DNA of 62,251 bases, filler included. It is 9 parts of 9 records of this genome, joined end to end, with 100 filler letters (N's around TTAATTAATTAA, not from the genome) between each part and the next. Parts side by side here need not be neighbours in the genome. Positions count along the whole stretch, not along the records: positions 18,006 to 30,252 come from DRR723986_31948; positions 30,353 to 37,372 come from DRR723986_31962; 7 more parts are not named here. One strand, 5' to 3'. How positions within the stretch are numbered: position 1 is the stretch's first letter; every line of letters starts with the position of its first letter. The notes under the pieces were generated by a model, which worked only from the letters and a program-made list of their open reading frames with translations, did not search any database and was not told where the DNA came from. This document shows positions 22,801-31,066 of the stretch, piece after piece. The translations under genes were made by a program, and so were the position numbers.

Positions 22801-23044
22801 GCCATCTGAAACAAGCGCATCGGAAGAAGGGCATTCTCAAAAGAAACGGAAAGTTCAATTCAAATATGTTAAAGTCTTTGACCATATTTTCGAAGGACAG
22901 AGCGAATTCATGGACCAACATCAGTTCAATATCCTCAAACATGCCGCCTGGTTTGCTCTGGCTGGCATGGGAGATTTAGAAATTTGGTACAGACAACAAG
23001 CAGCAGCATCTGCCGAAGGTGCTGCTGATGGCATGAACGAGTAA
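19829..23044 (+). CDS. 1071-aa protein with C-terminal His-Me-finger (DNA/RNA non-specific) nuclease-like domain; putative toxin/effector
   Basis: AAGGA RBS; motif EWCHLLGHGDGG...NFVSGSFHCNTEQLAME; KKRKV near the C-terminus; function inferred. Confidence 0.7.
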   Translation: MPSTFGNIFTFAPPAEPDGSEFFYDLLTGCQNSMECHKKVLELFLNTLKLSSIKYRTGAFQSDPAVPSIGTDADLIQLLTYIPEDIKYPYNQVLYEQWNLAENNANIGAFANYVQTYSEANIPETLQDAVNHVKSIHYAVAYNDLVTGYKQKDWTNAPGVPALPELIVDTLPSGPSLHTDMLKDKLQILQQWISTNDPSLKALTEAHAMADASTILTAVFGPPPNPEINTIHFCELLVSNIQNNGWETLVDKSAKRLFFETVQTAFSTIDFWINNPDTKRLVQAFLTHTPLQWNKNPEISVKAFEIISQIFGSAITPGEGGVSNPAYLAVRNTFNQFADISAATSTFLFARLQDTCLNLQAIVNEDPSTLKAFCNEIDRPVPPTIHYSELDALIEVVGDVLQMIGLTLSPNGPSVRLFPFSIFDDLRSKPNAIRLLGEGTVQKTNDIEVSADASETTGEPPETKPYWRPIVGVFTDEHNGNATFIKFFNFNGASQGCFYFTDPNNPGLVQANEFSDPPQELFFDFISVTVNGSESALNDDVAGVLLGSLYAVPKGAGVSKANFYLAVRSLSKWTRLNGQRHYDAIYETGFDSDGNELPVDPHLIWYVGTGDLNRSDKVDDELCLWKWMASEKLQSQFPELPNLLGLPPARRVSNDVAAASSEEIAGPIKQFFLVENFGTGYFVLTNTPHPKLPARIDEVLQRHAGTSTSIDEQAQGILSLFDFHYYRKIDETKMYKVIKYLPASNKPNSDAGGIALEETGPNDESAIGISPPLSFRLGNNIIFFKNDTAPGNPAGTYLKNKGNPLFRAGRKRLAAGSVMAKLRNDMSIAVKPGTNSSLSATNFANWVLANSRGVLDHWNGLTTNGRGDVPTDQEWCHLLGHGDGGDERLGNFVSGSFHCNTEQLAMESKGRRQVTQRAPKGSFELRSTAYMFNNSQDLLSNNYLRYDGAYQKMVQVYSTLKKQPESAMRTDGAGAVAPFAALMRYKMYHNVPSETSASEEGHSQKKRKVQFKYVKVFDHIFEGQSEFMDQHQFNILKHAAWFALAGMGDLEIWYRQQAAASAEGAADGMNE

Positions 23045-23050
23045 ATAATT

Positions 23051-26000
23051 ATGAACACACCATTACAAAATATCAAGCCGCTCAACGATGTTTTGACACT
23101 CTCTCGAAATGACTTGGGAGACATTGCCTATGTTGGCATTCAAAATGCCTTAAAGCTAACAGGCGATTTAATATTAACCGATTGTCCGTTTCCCTATCCC
23201 ATTCCGGCAACAGCTAACCTTCTAACAACTGAAGGCAAGATTACCTCCCTCTTAGGAAAGGGGCAAGCAAGCGTAAAACTGTATCTATTCGAAGTGGCAA
23301 CCATCTTTTCTACAACCGAACGCCATGCCATACTTCTGTTTACCGAAATACCGCAAGGTTTTACAGTACCCGATTTGTTAACGCCTTTCGGCGGCGCGAC
23401 TGGAAGCGGGTTACCGGATGAAGTCTCATCCCTGCAAAGTTTGTCCTTTGCGACTGGAAATCAATACCTAATGTTTTCAACATTAGCGTATCAATACAGT
23501 CAATATGTAAATCCTCCCTTTCCGCCAGCACAAGACACTCAATTGTCCACGGATATCAATAGCTTTGTGACCGAAGTTCAAAAGGAGCTTTCACAGGGAT
23601 ATTTATTCCTGGCTACGGCGCAGTTGGAAGCAAGTATCACGATTCCAGTGCCGCCTGATGCCCCACCCAATGCAGAAGCCATTGACATAGATTTGTCAAC
23701 GGTGCTTGGTATCCTTGACCTGGGTGACCTGTGTACGATTGGATTCAGTATTACAGGACAATTATCATTCACTCAGGCTTCTCCTCAATTGAATCTACTG
23801 CATGTATTATCATCAAATGTTTTACCCTCGACCATTCCCCTAAAACCAAGTCTTACAGCTGTAGGTATAGGATTCAGCCTGGGATCCGGTACCATCCAAA
23901 TCCCATCCTTTATACTTCAGGGCACCTTGTCACTGGACAGCACTCCTTCGGATGTCGGTCTGACGTTTAACCCCTACACAGAACAACTTCAAGTCTCCTT
24001 TTCACAACTTCCGGACTTTGCCGATTTGGCTCAAAATTTTGATTCCGGGACATCCCTGAACAGCATTTTGGGAAATTCACTGCCTGATGACGTGCTTTCT
24101 ACATTAGGCACGCTGGAGATTCTGTCTCTCGACTTGACGATTGACATCGACAGCCTTAGCGTCAGCGCCCTGTCATTTAGCATTGCCACCGAAAAACCCC
24201 TTCCACTCTTTGAGGGTATCACGGTTCAACCGGCCTTGATTGTTGAATTAACGAATCCCTTCGCCTCGTTCTATTCGGCCAGTATTGACGTGGTAGGAAA
24301 GTGGTTTTTCAAGAGCGCATCACTTGACACGATTCTAATGCTACAACGTGGCAGCGTTCCGGCGGACGACAGTACCACGTTTATTGCGCGGCTAAGCCTG
24401 GGTGCCGGTATAGATCTAATAGAAATAGCGGAATCCCTGTTTCATAAACAAATCGCTGGACTACCGACCTTGGTGCTGTCGGATATTGATGTGATGGCTC
24501 AGAAGTCAGGCAGTGGAGCGACCGCCGTTGAGACTATCAATATTTCTCTGGACGTTGCTTCCGGCTGGAATCTGGATGGAATTGATATCGGAATCGATGA
24601 TCTAAGCTTATCACTTGGATTTGAGAAAGCCAATTCCACAGCCAACTGGCTAGCGCAGGATGTGTCCGCCCAAGGTACCTTGGAAATCGGCACTCTCTTT
24701 TTTAACCTGGATGCTGAATACGATGGTAGCGACAAAACCTGGTCATTTACCGGAGGCACGCTCCCGGGAGAAACGCAAAACCTGGGCGATTTTTTGGAAG
24801 GAATCACCCAGGCCCTGGGCTTGGAAGCACCCGCTGATTTTCTGGCTCCGTTCAATGCCGTTAATGTCGACGGCTGCTATTTTGAATACCAAACAAATAG
24901 CTCAGGTTCGGCCTCCTGGAAATTAACAGTCTCGGTAGACTTTGATTCAGGTCCCCCGTTTAACGGTGTCCATCTGGATGAAATAGTCATAAGCTTGGGC
25001 AGAAATGGAACAGGTACGTCCTTTTCATTTGATGCGACTGCGCCGGCAACTCAAAAAGTGGACTCACTCACCAACTATTTGAGCCAGTCGCTGGGTGTTA
25101 CGGTGGACTTACCATCCGCACTTACAAGCACGGATATCTTGCTGAAAGGTTTGAGCGCTTCCTACGACTCGGCTACGAAGAACTACAGTTTTATGGCCTA
25201 TCTCAACTTTGGCGAAAATGCCCTGGTTCAGCTGGGCATCCAGATTGTCACACAAACTCTTAATGGAACAACTACCAAAGACTATGAACTGGGAGGTTCT
25301 CTGATTTTCAACCCTGGTGAGACTGACGAATTTGCATTTCAACTCGAACTTGTTAAAACCGGAGCCGAAAGTGATTTGATAGCGTCCTTTCAATCCAGCA
25401 CGAGTAGCCAAGGCATTTTGCTTAACAAGTTAGTACAGGCTATCGTCCCTTCCGCACCCGGCTTGGATACCTTTGAAATTGAAATCAAAGATGCGCTTTT
25501 TGCTCACAGTGGCATAAATGGCAGCAACCCGGCAAAATCTGTGTTTGCAGTAGATATGGGTGCTCAGGTAAATCTTTCAAGGCTCGGTAATCTTCCACTC
25601 ATTGGACCAGAATTGGCTTCAGCCAGCAGTTTGGATCTGGCCTTTCAAGTAACGTATGCCACAGGCGCCTATACAGCAGCCGAAATCATAGCCATTAACC
25701 AACTGTTGGGTGACCCAAGTTTTAAGTTTCCAGAAATCTTAATACATCCCCAACAGATCTCAATTTCGACTTCAATGCGCGTCGCCGGCCAGGAAGTAAT
25801 TGATATGACGGTTCCCGTGTCTGCCGATAGCAGTGGTGGTTTAACTCCCACAGGTGGAACCAACATAACAAGTACCAATTCAAATACATCGGCCACGGGT
25901 GCCAGTCAGGGTATTACCTGGTTCCCACTAAATAAAGCCTTCGGACCGATGCGCATCAATCGCGTAGGATTAGCATTTGATCAGTCCAGCACGAGTATTG

Positions 26001-28081
26001 TCGCTTATCTCGACGGCGCCGTAACAGTTGGTCCGCTGACATTTGACCTCTTAGGCTTGGATGTAGCTATTCCCTTGACGGGAGACAATAAATTCGACCC
26101 AACTTTTGGTTTACAAGGCGTGGGCTTGGAGTATGCCAGTGGTCCACTAAATATCGCTGGAGCATTGTTTAAGCAGACTCTCAACGGTATGTCGGAGTTC
26201 GATGGTTTCGTGACCGTTAGTACCGAGTCATTGGAAATAGGCGCTGTTGGATCATTTGCACAAATGAACGATGGTCATGATTCTTTGTTCGTTTACGCCG
26301 TTCTGGGCGAGCCCCTGGGCGGCCCTGCATTTTTCTTTGTTACAGGTCTTGCTGCGGGCTTTGGGTATAACCGGAAACTCATCCCCCCTCCAATTTCACA
26401 AGTACAAAACTTCCCATTGATTGCGGAAGCAACAACCCCCTCCCCGCAACCGCCGACGGGCAGTGATCTGAGTGGAGTTCGCGACTATGTAGCAGAACAA
26501 CTGCAACTCATGCAATCGAACATAGTACCTGCAGAAGGTGAGTATTTTTTAGCCGCCGGAATTAAGTTTACCTCTTTTGAATTGCTCAATGGTTTTTTGC
26601 TGGCTGTCGTGCAATTTGGCAATGAGTTTCGGATAGATATTCTCGGGCTTGCAACGGCCTTGTTACCACCAGACGATAATGACGATCCCTTAGCTGAGGT
26701 CCAACTGGCGATTCTTGCGCATTACGTTCCATCAGAGGGATCCATTTGGGTGCAAGGACAATTAACTCCCAATTCCTATATTCTATCCAAAAGTTGTCAT
26801 TTAACCGGTGGTTTCGCATTGGCCTCCTGGGACAGTGGAGCGCATGAAGGTGTGTTTGTACTAAGCATAGGCGGTTATGCAACGGATTTCCAGGTTCCGG
26901 CTTATTACCCCCAGATTCCTCGTGTAGGGTTTAACTGGCAGGTAAGTGATCAGCTAAATGTAAAGGGTGGCGGGTATTTTGCCTTAGTCCCCCACGCATT
27001 CATGGCTGGTGGCAGCTTAAATGCCGTATGGCAGAGTGGTGATGTTAAGGCCTGGTTTCTACTAAACGCCAATTTCCTAATCGAATGGAAACCCCTCCAT
27101 TATCAAGCTGACATTAACGTTTCGCTTGGCGCTCAACTAACCATCCACTTTTTTGGAACCCATCATGTTTCGATTGATGCCAGCGCTGCTCTGGATGTTT
27201 GGGGACCTGAGTTCGGCGGACATGCCCGAATTACAGTAGATGTCATTGGAATTCACTTTCACTTCAGTATTGATTTTGGTTCGTCTTCAGCCACTCCTCC
27301 ACCATTAAAATGGAACAAATTTCAAAGCTCGTTTTTACCAGCTAATAGTGATCAATGGCTGAGTGTTAACATACAGGGCGGCCTGCAGCGAACAGTAAAA
27401 GGTACCTTGCCGGATCAAACGGAAGTAGATGTGTGGATTGTTAAACAGGATGAATTGTCTTTGAGCTCTTCCTCCGTTGTTCCAGTCAAGTCAGTCAATT
27501 TCAACTTGGATGCCAGCCCGGTCACAGCACCTGCAATCACACAAGCTACTCCTGGCATTGCCCCAATGGCAGTTAGTAGCATAGAAACATCGGGACAAAC
27601 CATAAACATTACAAAAATTGTCAGTGGAGTGCCGACCAACTTGCCAGGTAGCATTCCAGTAGCAAGTGAACAATTGAAACTGGTGCCGATCTCCAAGAAA
27701 ATCCCAAGCGCACTGTGGGGGCACACACGCAGTCAGCCGCTCAATCCAGCACCTGGCACCGATGTATTGGATTCAATATCTGGCTTTTCAATATTGCCAA
27801 CACTGGAAGCTTACGATGACCCTGCCGCCATAACCGTGGACAGGTCTTCAATGGCTTATGAAACAACACAGGAAGAAGGATTCGAATGGGGCGCAAGTGC
27901 AGGAACATTCGAGGCCGCTACTTCTTCGTGGACAGCTATTGAAACATCAATTCAATCCACTTTATCAGTCCGCTCAACTGCACTGGACAAATTGGGATTT
28001 TCAACATTCAAGGAAAACTTCAATCAGCCCATTGAACTGGATACACCAGAATTGCCACAGTTTGGCACACTGAACAGTTGA
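23051..28081 (+). CDS. 1676-aa DUF6603-type protein
   Basis: C-terminal half has LGGPAFFFVTGLAAGFGYNR, FLAAGIKFTSFELL, CHLTGGFA, SIGGY..PRVGFNW, YFALVPHAFMAGG, recognised from memory as DUF6603. Confidence 0.8.
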   Translation: MNTPLQNIKPLNDVLTLSRNDLGDIAYVGIQNALKLTGDLILTDCPFPYPIPATANLLTTEGKITSLLGKGQASVKLYLFEVATIFSTTERHAILLFTEIPQGFTVPDLLTPFGGATGSGLPDEVSSLQSLSFATGNQYLMFSTLAYQYSQYVNPPFPPAQDTQLSTDINSFVTEVQKELSQGYLFLATAQLEASITIPVPPDAPPNAEAIDIDLSTVLGILDLGDLCTIGFSITGQLSFTQASPQLNLLHVLSSNVLPSTIPLKPSLTAVGIGFSLGSGTIQIPSFILQGTLSLDSTPSDVGLTFNPYTEQLQVSFSQLPDFADLAQNFDSGTSLNSILGNSLPDDVLSTLGTLEILSLDLTIDIDSLSVSALSFSIATEKPLPLFEGITVQPALIVELTNPFASFYSASIDVVGKWFFKSASLDTILMLQRGSVPADDSTTFIARLSLGAGIDLIEIAESLFHKQIAGLPTLVLSDIDVMAQKSGSGATAVETINISLDVASGWNLDGIDIGIDDLSLSLGFEKANSTANWLAQDVSAQGTLEIGTLFFNLDAEYDGSDKTWSFTGGTLPGETQNLGDFLEGITQALGLEAPADFLAPFNAVNVDGCYFEYQTNSSGSASWKLTVSVDFDSGPPFNGVHLDEIVISLGRNGTGTSFSFDATAPATQKVDSLTNYLSQSLGVTVDLPSALTSTDILLKGLSASYDSATKNYSFMAYLNFGENALVQLGIQIVTQTLNGTTTKDYELGGSLIFNPGETDEFAFQLELVKTGAESDLIASFQSSTSSQGILLNKLVQAIVPSAPGLDTFEIEIKDALFAHSGINGSNPAKSVFAVDMGAQVNLSRLGNLPLIGPELASASSLDLAFQVTYATGAYTAAEIIAINQLLGDPSFKFPEILIHPQQISISTSMRVAGQEVIDMTVPVSADSSGGLTPTGGTNITSTNSNTSATGASQGITWFPLNKAFGPMRINRVGLAFDQSSTSIVAYLDGAVTVGPLTFDLLGLDVAIPLTGDNKFDPTFGLQGVGLEYASGPLNIAGALFKQTLNGMSEFDGFVTVSTESLEIGAVGSFAQMNDGHDSLFVYAVLGEPLGGPAFFFVTGLAAGFGYNRKLIPPPISQVQNFPLIAEATTPSPQPPTGSDLSGVRDYVAEQLQLMQSNIVPAEGEYFLAAGIKFTSFELLNGFLLAVVQFGNEFRIDILGLATALLPPDDNDDPLAEVQLAILAHYVPSEGSIWVQGQLTPNSYILSKSCHLTGGFALASWDSGAHEGVFVLSIGGYATDFQVPAYYPQIPRVGFNWQVSDQLNVKGGGYFALVPHAFMAGGSLNAVWQSGDVKAWFLLNANFLIEWKPLHYQADINVSLGAQLTIHFFGTHHVSIDASAALDVWGPEFGGHARITVDVIGIHFHFSIDFGSSSATPPPLKWNKFQSSFLPANSDQWLSVNIQGGLQRTVKGTLPDQTEVDVWIVKQDELSLSSSSVVPVKSVNFNLDASPVTAPAITQATPGIAPMAVSSIETSGQTINITKIVSGVPTNLPGSIPVASEQLKLVPISKKIPSALWGHTRSQPLNPAPGTDVLDSISGFSILPTLEAYDDPAAITVDRSSMAYETTQEEGFEWGASAGTFEAATSSWTAIETSIQSTLSVRSTALDKLGFSTFKENFNQPIELDTPELPQFGTLNS

Positions 28082-28105
28082 TCATACAAACAAAGTGTTA
28101 AACAT

Positions 28106-30163
28106 ATGTCAAATCCTCCCGCTACAAAACCAATCGGTAAAGTGACCTTTTCATCCTTCAATTTGCCCGTGCTTGATGACGGCTTGTACAAAATTGAAGT
28201 CGAGCAGACTTTCCAGGCTGATGCCGATAGCCCGCTTGTAACGGTCCCGACACAAACTCGCTATTTTGCAGCCCTTGGTCCCAGATATTCACTGGATCCC
28301 AAAGAAATTGCCACACAGTTCCCACCTCCAAAAACGAGTGGCAATTATTACAATGTCCTACCTCATATAATGTTCACCCGCGCCATTTTGCCCTGGGAAA
28401 AAAGACTGGATCCTGCCAGGCCTACCACCCCCTGGCTAACACTTATTGCCTGTACCCGCGATGAAATCACAGGATGGCAGACTTCTACCGGAAATGACAA
28501 AATTCTTACGGTCCAAACAAATACGTTGGAAGAAGTCTGCCAGGATGCACAAATGAATAATATTGTATTTCCTGCATTGGCTGAAATAACACTACTACCT
28601 GGAGAATCTTCCACGGAATCTGTTAACTACATCGACATTCCTGAAACTTTACTTCAACTGGTATTACCAACTGAAGACGAATTGCCGACCCTGGCCAACC
28701 TAAGACAATCTGCGGATCCAGCTCCACCGGGAAGTGAAAACCCCAAACATCCCGTTCTTATCTGCAATCGATTGCCACAACCTGGTCAAGAGAACATTAT
28801 ATTTCTACTCTCACTGGAAAACAGAACCGATGTTTACACGCACCTGGCTTCGGCTGCTGACTTAACAGGAATTCCTGTTCCGTCGGCCGCTCCCAAGTTG
28901 TACCGTTTTGCCGTATTGAATAGCTGGAGTTTTGCCTCAGTAACACCTGATGTATCATTTGAGCAGCTTTTAGTCGATGCAAATGGACTCGCCAGTTCGG
29001 CTCTGGGGACTCTGCGTCTTCCATCTGTTGGTGATACGAATGTCGACCCGTTTTTGGAAAAAGGCTACGTGCCGCTGCAACATCAGGCTCGTCAGGGCAA
29101 TACAATGGTTAGCTGGTATCGCGGCCCTTTAATACCTGCTGTTGCGCCTATACCTGCAAGTCCACCGTTACCCTCATCAATTAACTCTCCCGATAGTCTT
29201 GTACGTGCATATTCTGAAATTGGAATGTTTGATATCACTTACGCCAGTGCATGGAATATCGGCAGGAGTTTAATGCTGGAGAACAAGCGCGTATCTCAAG
29301 TACTATTTGAGTGGAAAAGGGCTTGTGTGCAGGCAAACAAAGCCAATGTACCAGCGCATCTCCCCGTCAACAAACCGGTTGCTCCACCTCTTCCCGATCT
29401 GGTCAATGACTGGTTTGTTAAATTGGCCCGGCTTGAACAAATTCCTTTTAACTACCTGGTGGCAGATGATAAACTCTTGCCCGCAGGTTCCATTCAGTTT
29501 TTCGCAGTCGACCCACAGTGGGTGCAATTACTACTACGTGGGGCCTTTGCCATTGGAGACATCGCCTCCAGCGATGAGAACATCGAAGATAGTTTGTTTG
29601 AGAATATCCCGACGCCAGATAGTTTAAGTGGTTTTCTGTTGCGTTCACCGGTTGTGAGTGGTTGGCCGCATCTTTTAGTTAATGGATTTGATGCAGAGCC
29701 ACCATCGGGAACAAACCCGCCATTTGAAACTGAAGTACCGCCTTTAGCGCAACATCGCTATACGCTCGGAAAAGACACCTTGTTTTGTTTATTCGAGGGG
29801 GCTGTCAAGAGCGTAGAAATTTACCTGCATCCTGAAACCATCCATTTTGGAATTGACTATTATGCTACAGACGCTGCCAACAACATTCCATCACCCTGTT
29901 ATTTAAAGCTCCTGCGTGATGCAGATGGCAACCCGATCCAACCTGCGGTCTTACCCTGTGATACGGACAGATCGCTGGAGTTTGACCTCAATCAATGGGT
30001 CCGAATCCCCTTCCGAATTGCCGACTCTGGAGTACTTAACACGGCTACTCTCGTTCAGCGCTTAACAAGTGCGCTACCAAATACTGATGTTACACCGGCA
30101 GAATTTGCCTATCAAATGGTAGAAGGTGTTCCAAAGGTTCGTTTTACTGCTAAACAGCCTTAA
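28106..30163 (+). CDS. 685-aa conserved hypothetical protein that accompanies DUF6603 genes
   Basis: GPRYSLDP..FPP..LPHI..LPWE, SWYRGP, FDITYASAW.IGR, IPFNYLV, GFLLRSPVVSGWP, AEFAYQM. Confidence 0.8.
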   Translation: MSNPPATKPIGKVTFSSFNLPVLDDGLYKIEVEQTFQADADSPLVTVPTQTRYFAALGPRYSLDPKEIATQFPPPKTSGNYYNVLPHIMFTRAILPWEKRLDPARPTTPWLTLIACTRDEITGWQTSTGNDKILTVQTNTLEEVCQDAQMNNIVFPALAEITLLPGESSTESVNYIDIPETLLQLVLPTEDELPTLANLRQSADPAPPGSENPKHPVLICNRLPQPGQENIIFLLSLENRTDVYTHLASAADLTGIPVPSAAPKLYRFAVLNSWSFASVTPDVSFEQLLVDANGLASSALGTLRLPSVGDTNVDPFLEKGYVPLQHQARQGNTMVSWYRGPLIPAVAPIPASPPLPSSINSPDSLVRAYSEIGMFDITYASAWNIGRSLMLENKRVSQVLFEWKRACVQANKANVPAHLPVNKPVAPPLPDLVNDWFVKLARLEQIPFNYLVADDKLLPAGSIQFFAVDPQWVQLLLRGAFAIGDIASSDENIEDSLFENIPTPDSLSGFLLRSPVVSGWPHLLVNGFDAEPPSGTNPPFETEVPPLAQHRYTLGKDTLFCLFEGAVKSVEIYLHPETIHFGIDYYATDAANNIPSPCYLKLLRDADGNPIQPAVLPCDTDRSLEFDLNQWVRIPFRIADSGVLNTATLVQRLTSALPNTDVTPAEFAYQMVEGVPKVRFTAKQP

Positions 30164-30252
30164 CCTCAGGGATGCATTCGATACCAGTACAATGTAGATT
30201 GCAGCGCTGCCTGGCAGCTCGCTTTTTGAGTTTTGAGCGCTTGCGGCCCCCG

Positions 30253-30352
30253 NNNNNNNNNNNNNNNNNNNNNNNNNNNNNNNNNNNNNNNNNNNNTTAA
30301 TTAATTAANNNNNNNNNNNNNNNNNNNNNNNNNNNNNNNNNNNNNNNNNNNN
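30253..30352. other. Artificial contig spacer
   Basis: N-run + TTAATTAATTAA + N-run. Confidence 0.98.
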
Positions 30353-31009
30353 GGCGGACAGCGCCAGCGTGTCGCCATGGGCCGAGCAATCGTCCGTGAT
30401 CCAAGCGCCTTCCTGTTCGATGAGCCGCTGTCCAATCTCGATGCGGCACTACGTGTCGAAATGCGCCTGGAAATCGCCCGGCTGCACCAGCGTCTGAAGT
30501 CGACGATGATTTATGTGACCCACGACCAGGTGGAAGCCCTGACGCTGGCCGACAGGATCGTGGTCCTGAATGCGGGCGACATCCAGCAGGTCGGCACGCC
30601 TCTGGAGCTCTACGACACCCCTGCCAACAAGTTCGTTGCCCAGTTCATCGGGTCTCCGACCATGAACATCCTCGATATCGAACCGAAGGACGGTGGCGTT
30701 GCACTGAAGAACGGCGCCAGCCTCGACCTTGGGTTGAGCAATGGGCAAGCAGCTGCAAGGGAGTTGGGGGTCCGTCCGGAACATCTCAACATCGTCGCCC
30801 AAGACGTCGCTCATATTTCCGGAACGGCCGAACTGGTCGAGCATCTGGGCTCGGACACCAACATTCACGCAAGTGTGCCGGGCATCGGTCAGGTCCTGGT
30901 GCGCGAGCACGGGCATTTCGCGCTGAAGTCCGGTGATCCGGTCGGCATCGCGCTGGATCTGGACAAGACACATCTGTTCGATGCTGAAGGCCGACGCCTG
31001 GCAGCCTGA
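30353..31009 (+). CDS. Sugar ABC transporter ATPase (MalK/UgpC family), C-terminal part
   Basis: [42 protein letters not shown]-like tail. Confidence 0.93.
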   Translation, partial: GGQRQRVAMGRAIVRDPSAFLFDEPLSNLDAALRVEMRLEIARLHQRLKSTMIYVTHDQVEALTLADRIVVLNAGDIQQVGTPLELYDTPANKFVAQFIGSPTMNILDIEPKDGGVALKNGASLDLGLSNGQAAARELGVRPEHLNIVAQDVAHISGTAELVEHLGSDTNIHASVPGIGQVLVREHGHFALKSGDPVGIALDLDKTHLFDAEGRRLAA

Positions 31010-31046
31010 GTGCGTGGGGAACTCAACCCCACGCTTGCTCAGGCTG
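31002..31046. terminator. Hairpin between convergent genes
   Basis: CAGCCTGAG-T-GCGTGGGG...CCCCACGC-TTG-CTCAGGCTG. Confidence 0.65.
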
Positions 31047-31066
31047 ATTAAAAAGTGCGCGCACGG

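Noticed and set aside
19829-23044. Lower GC in the nuclease gene as evidence of recent acquisition
   Set aside because: Looks slightly AT-richer in spot checks, but the variation between lines is too large to claim without computation
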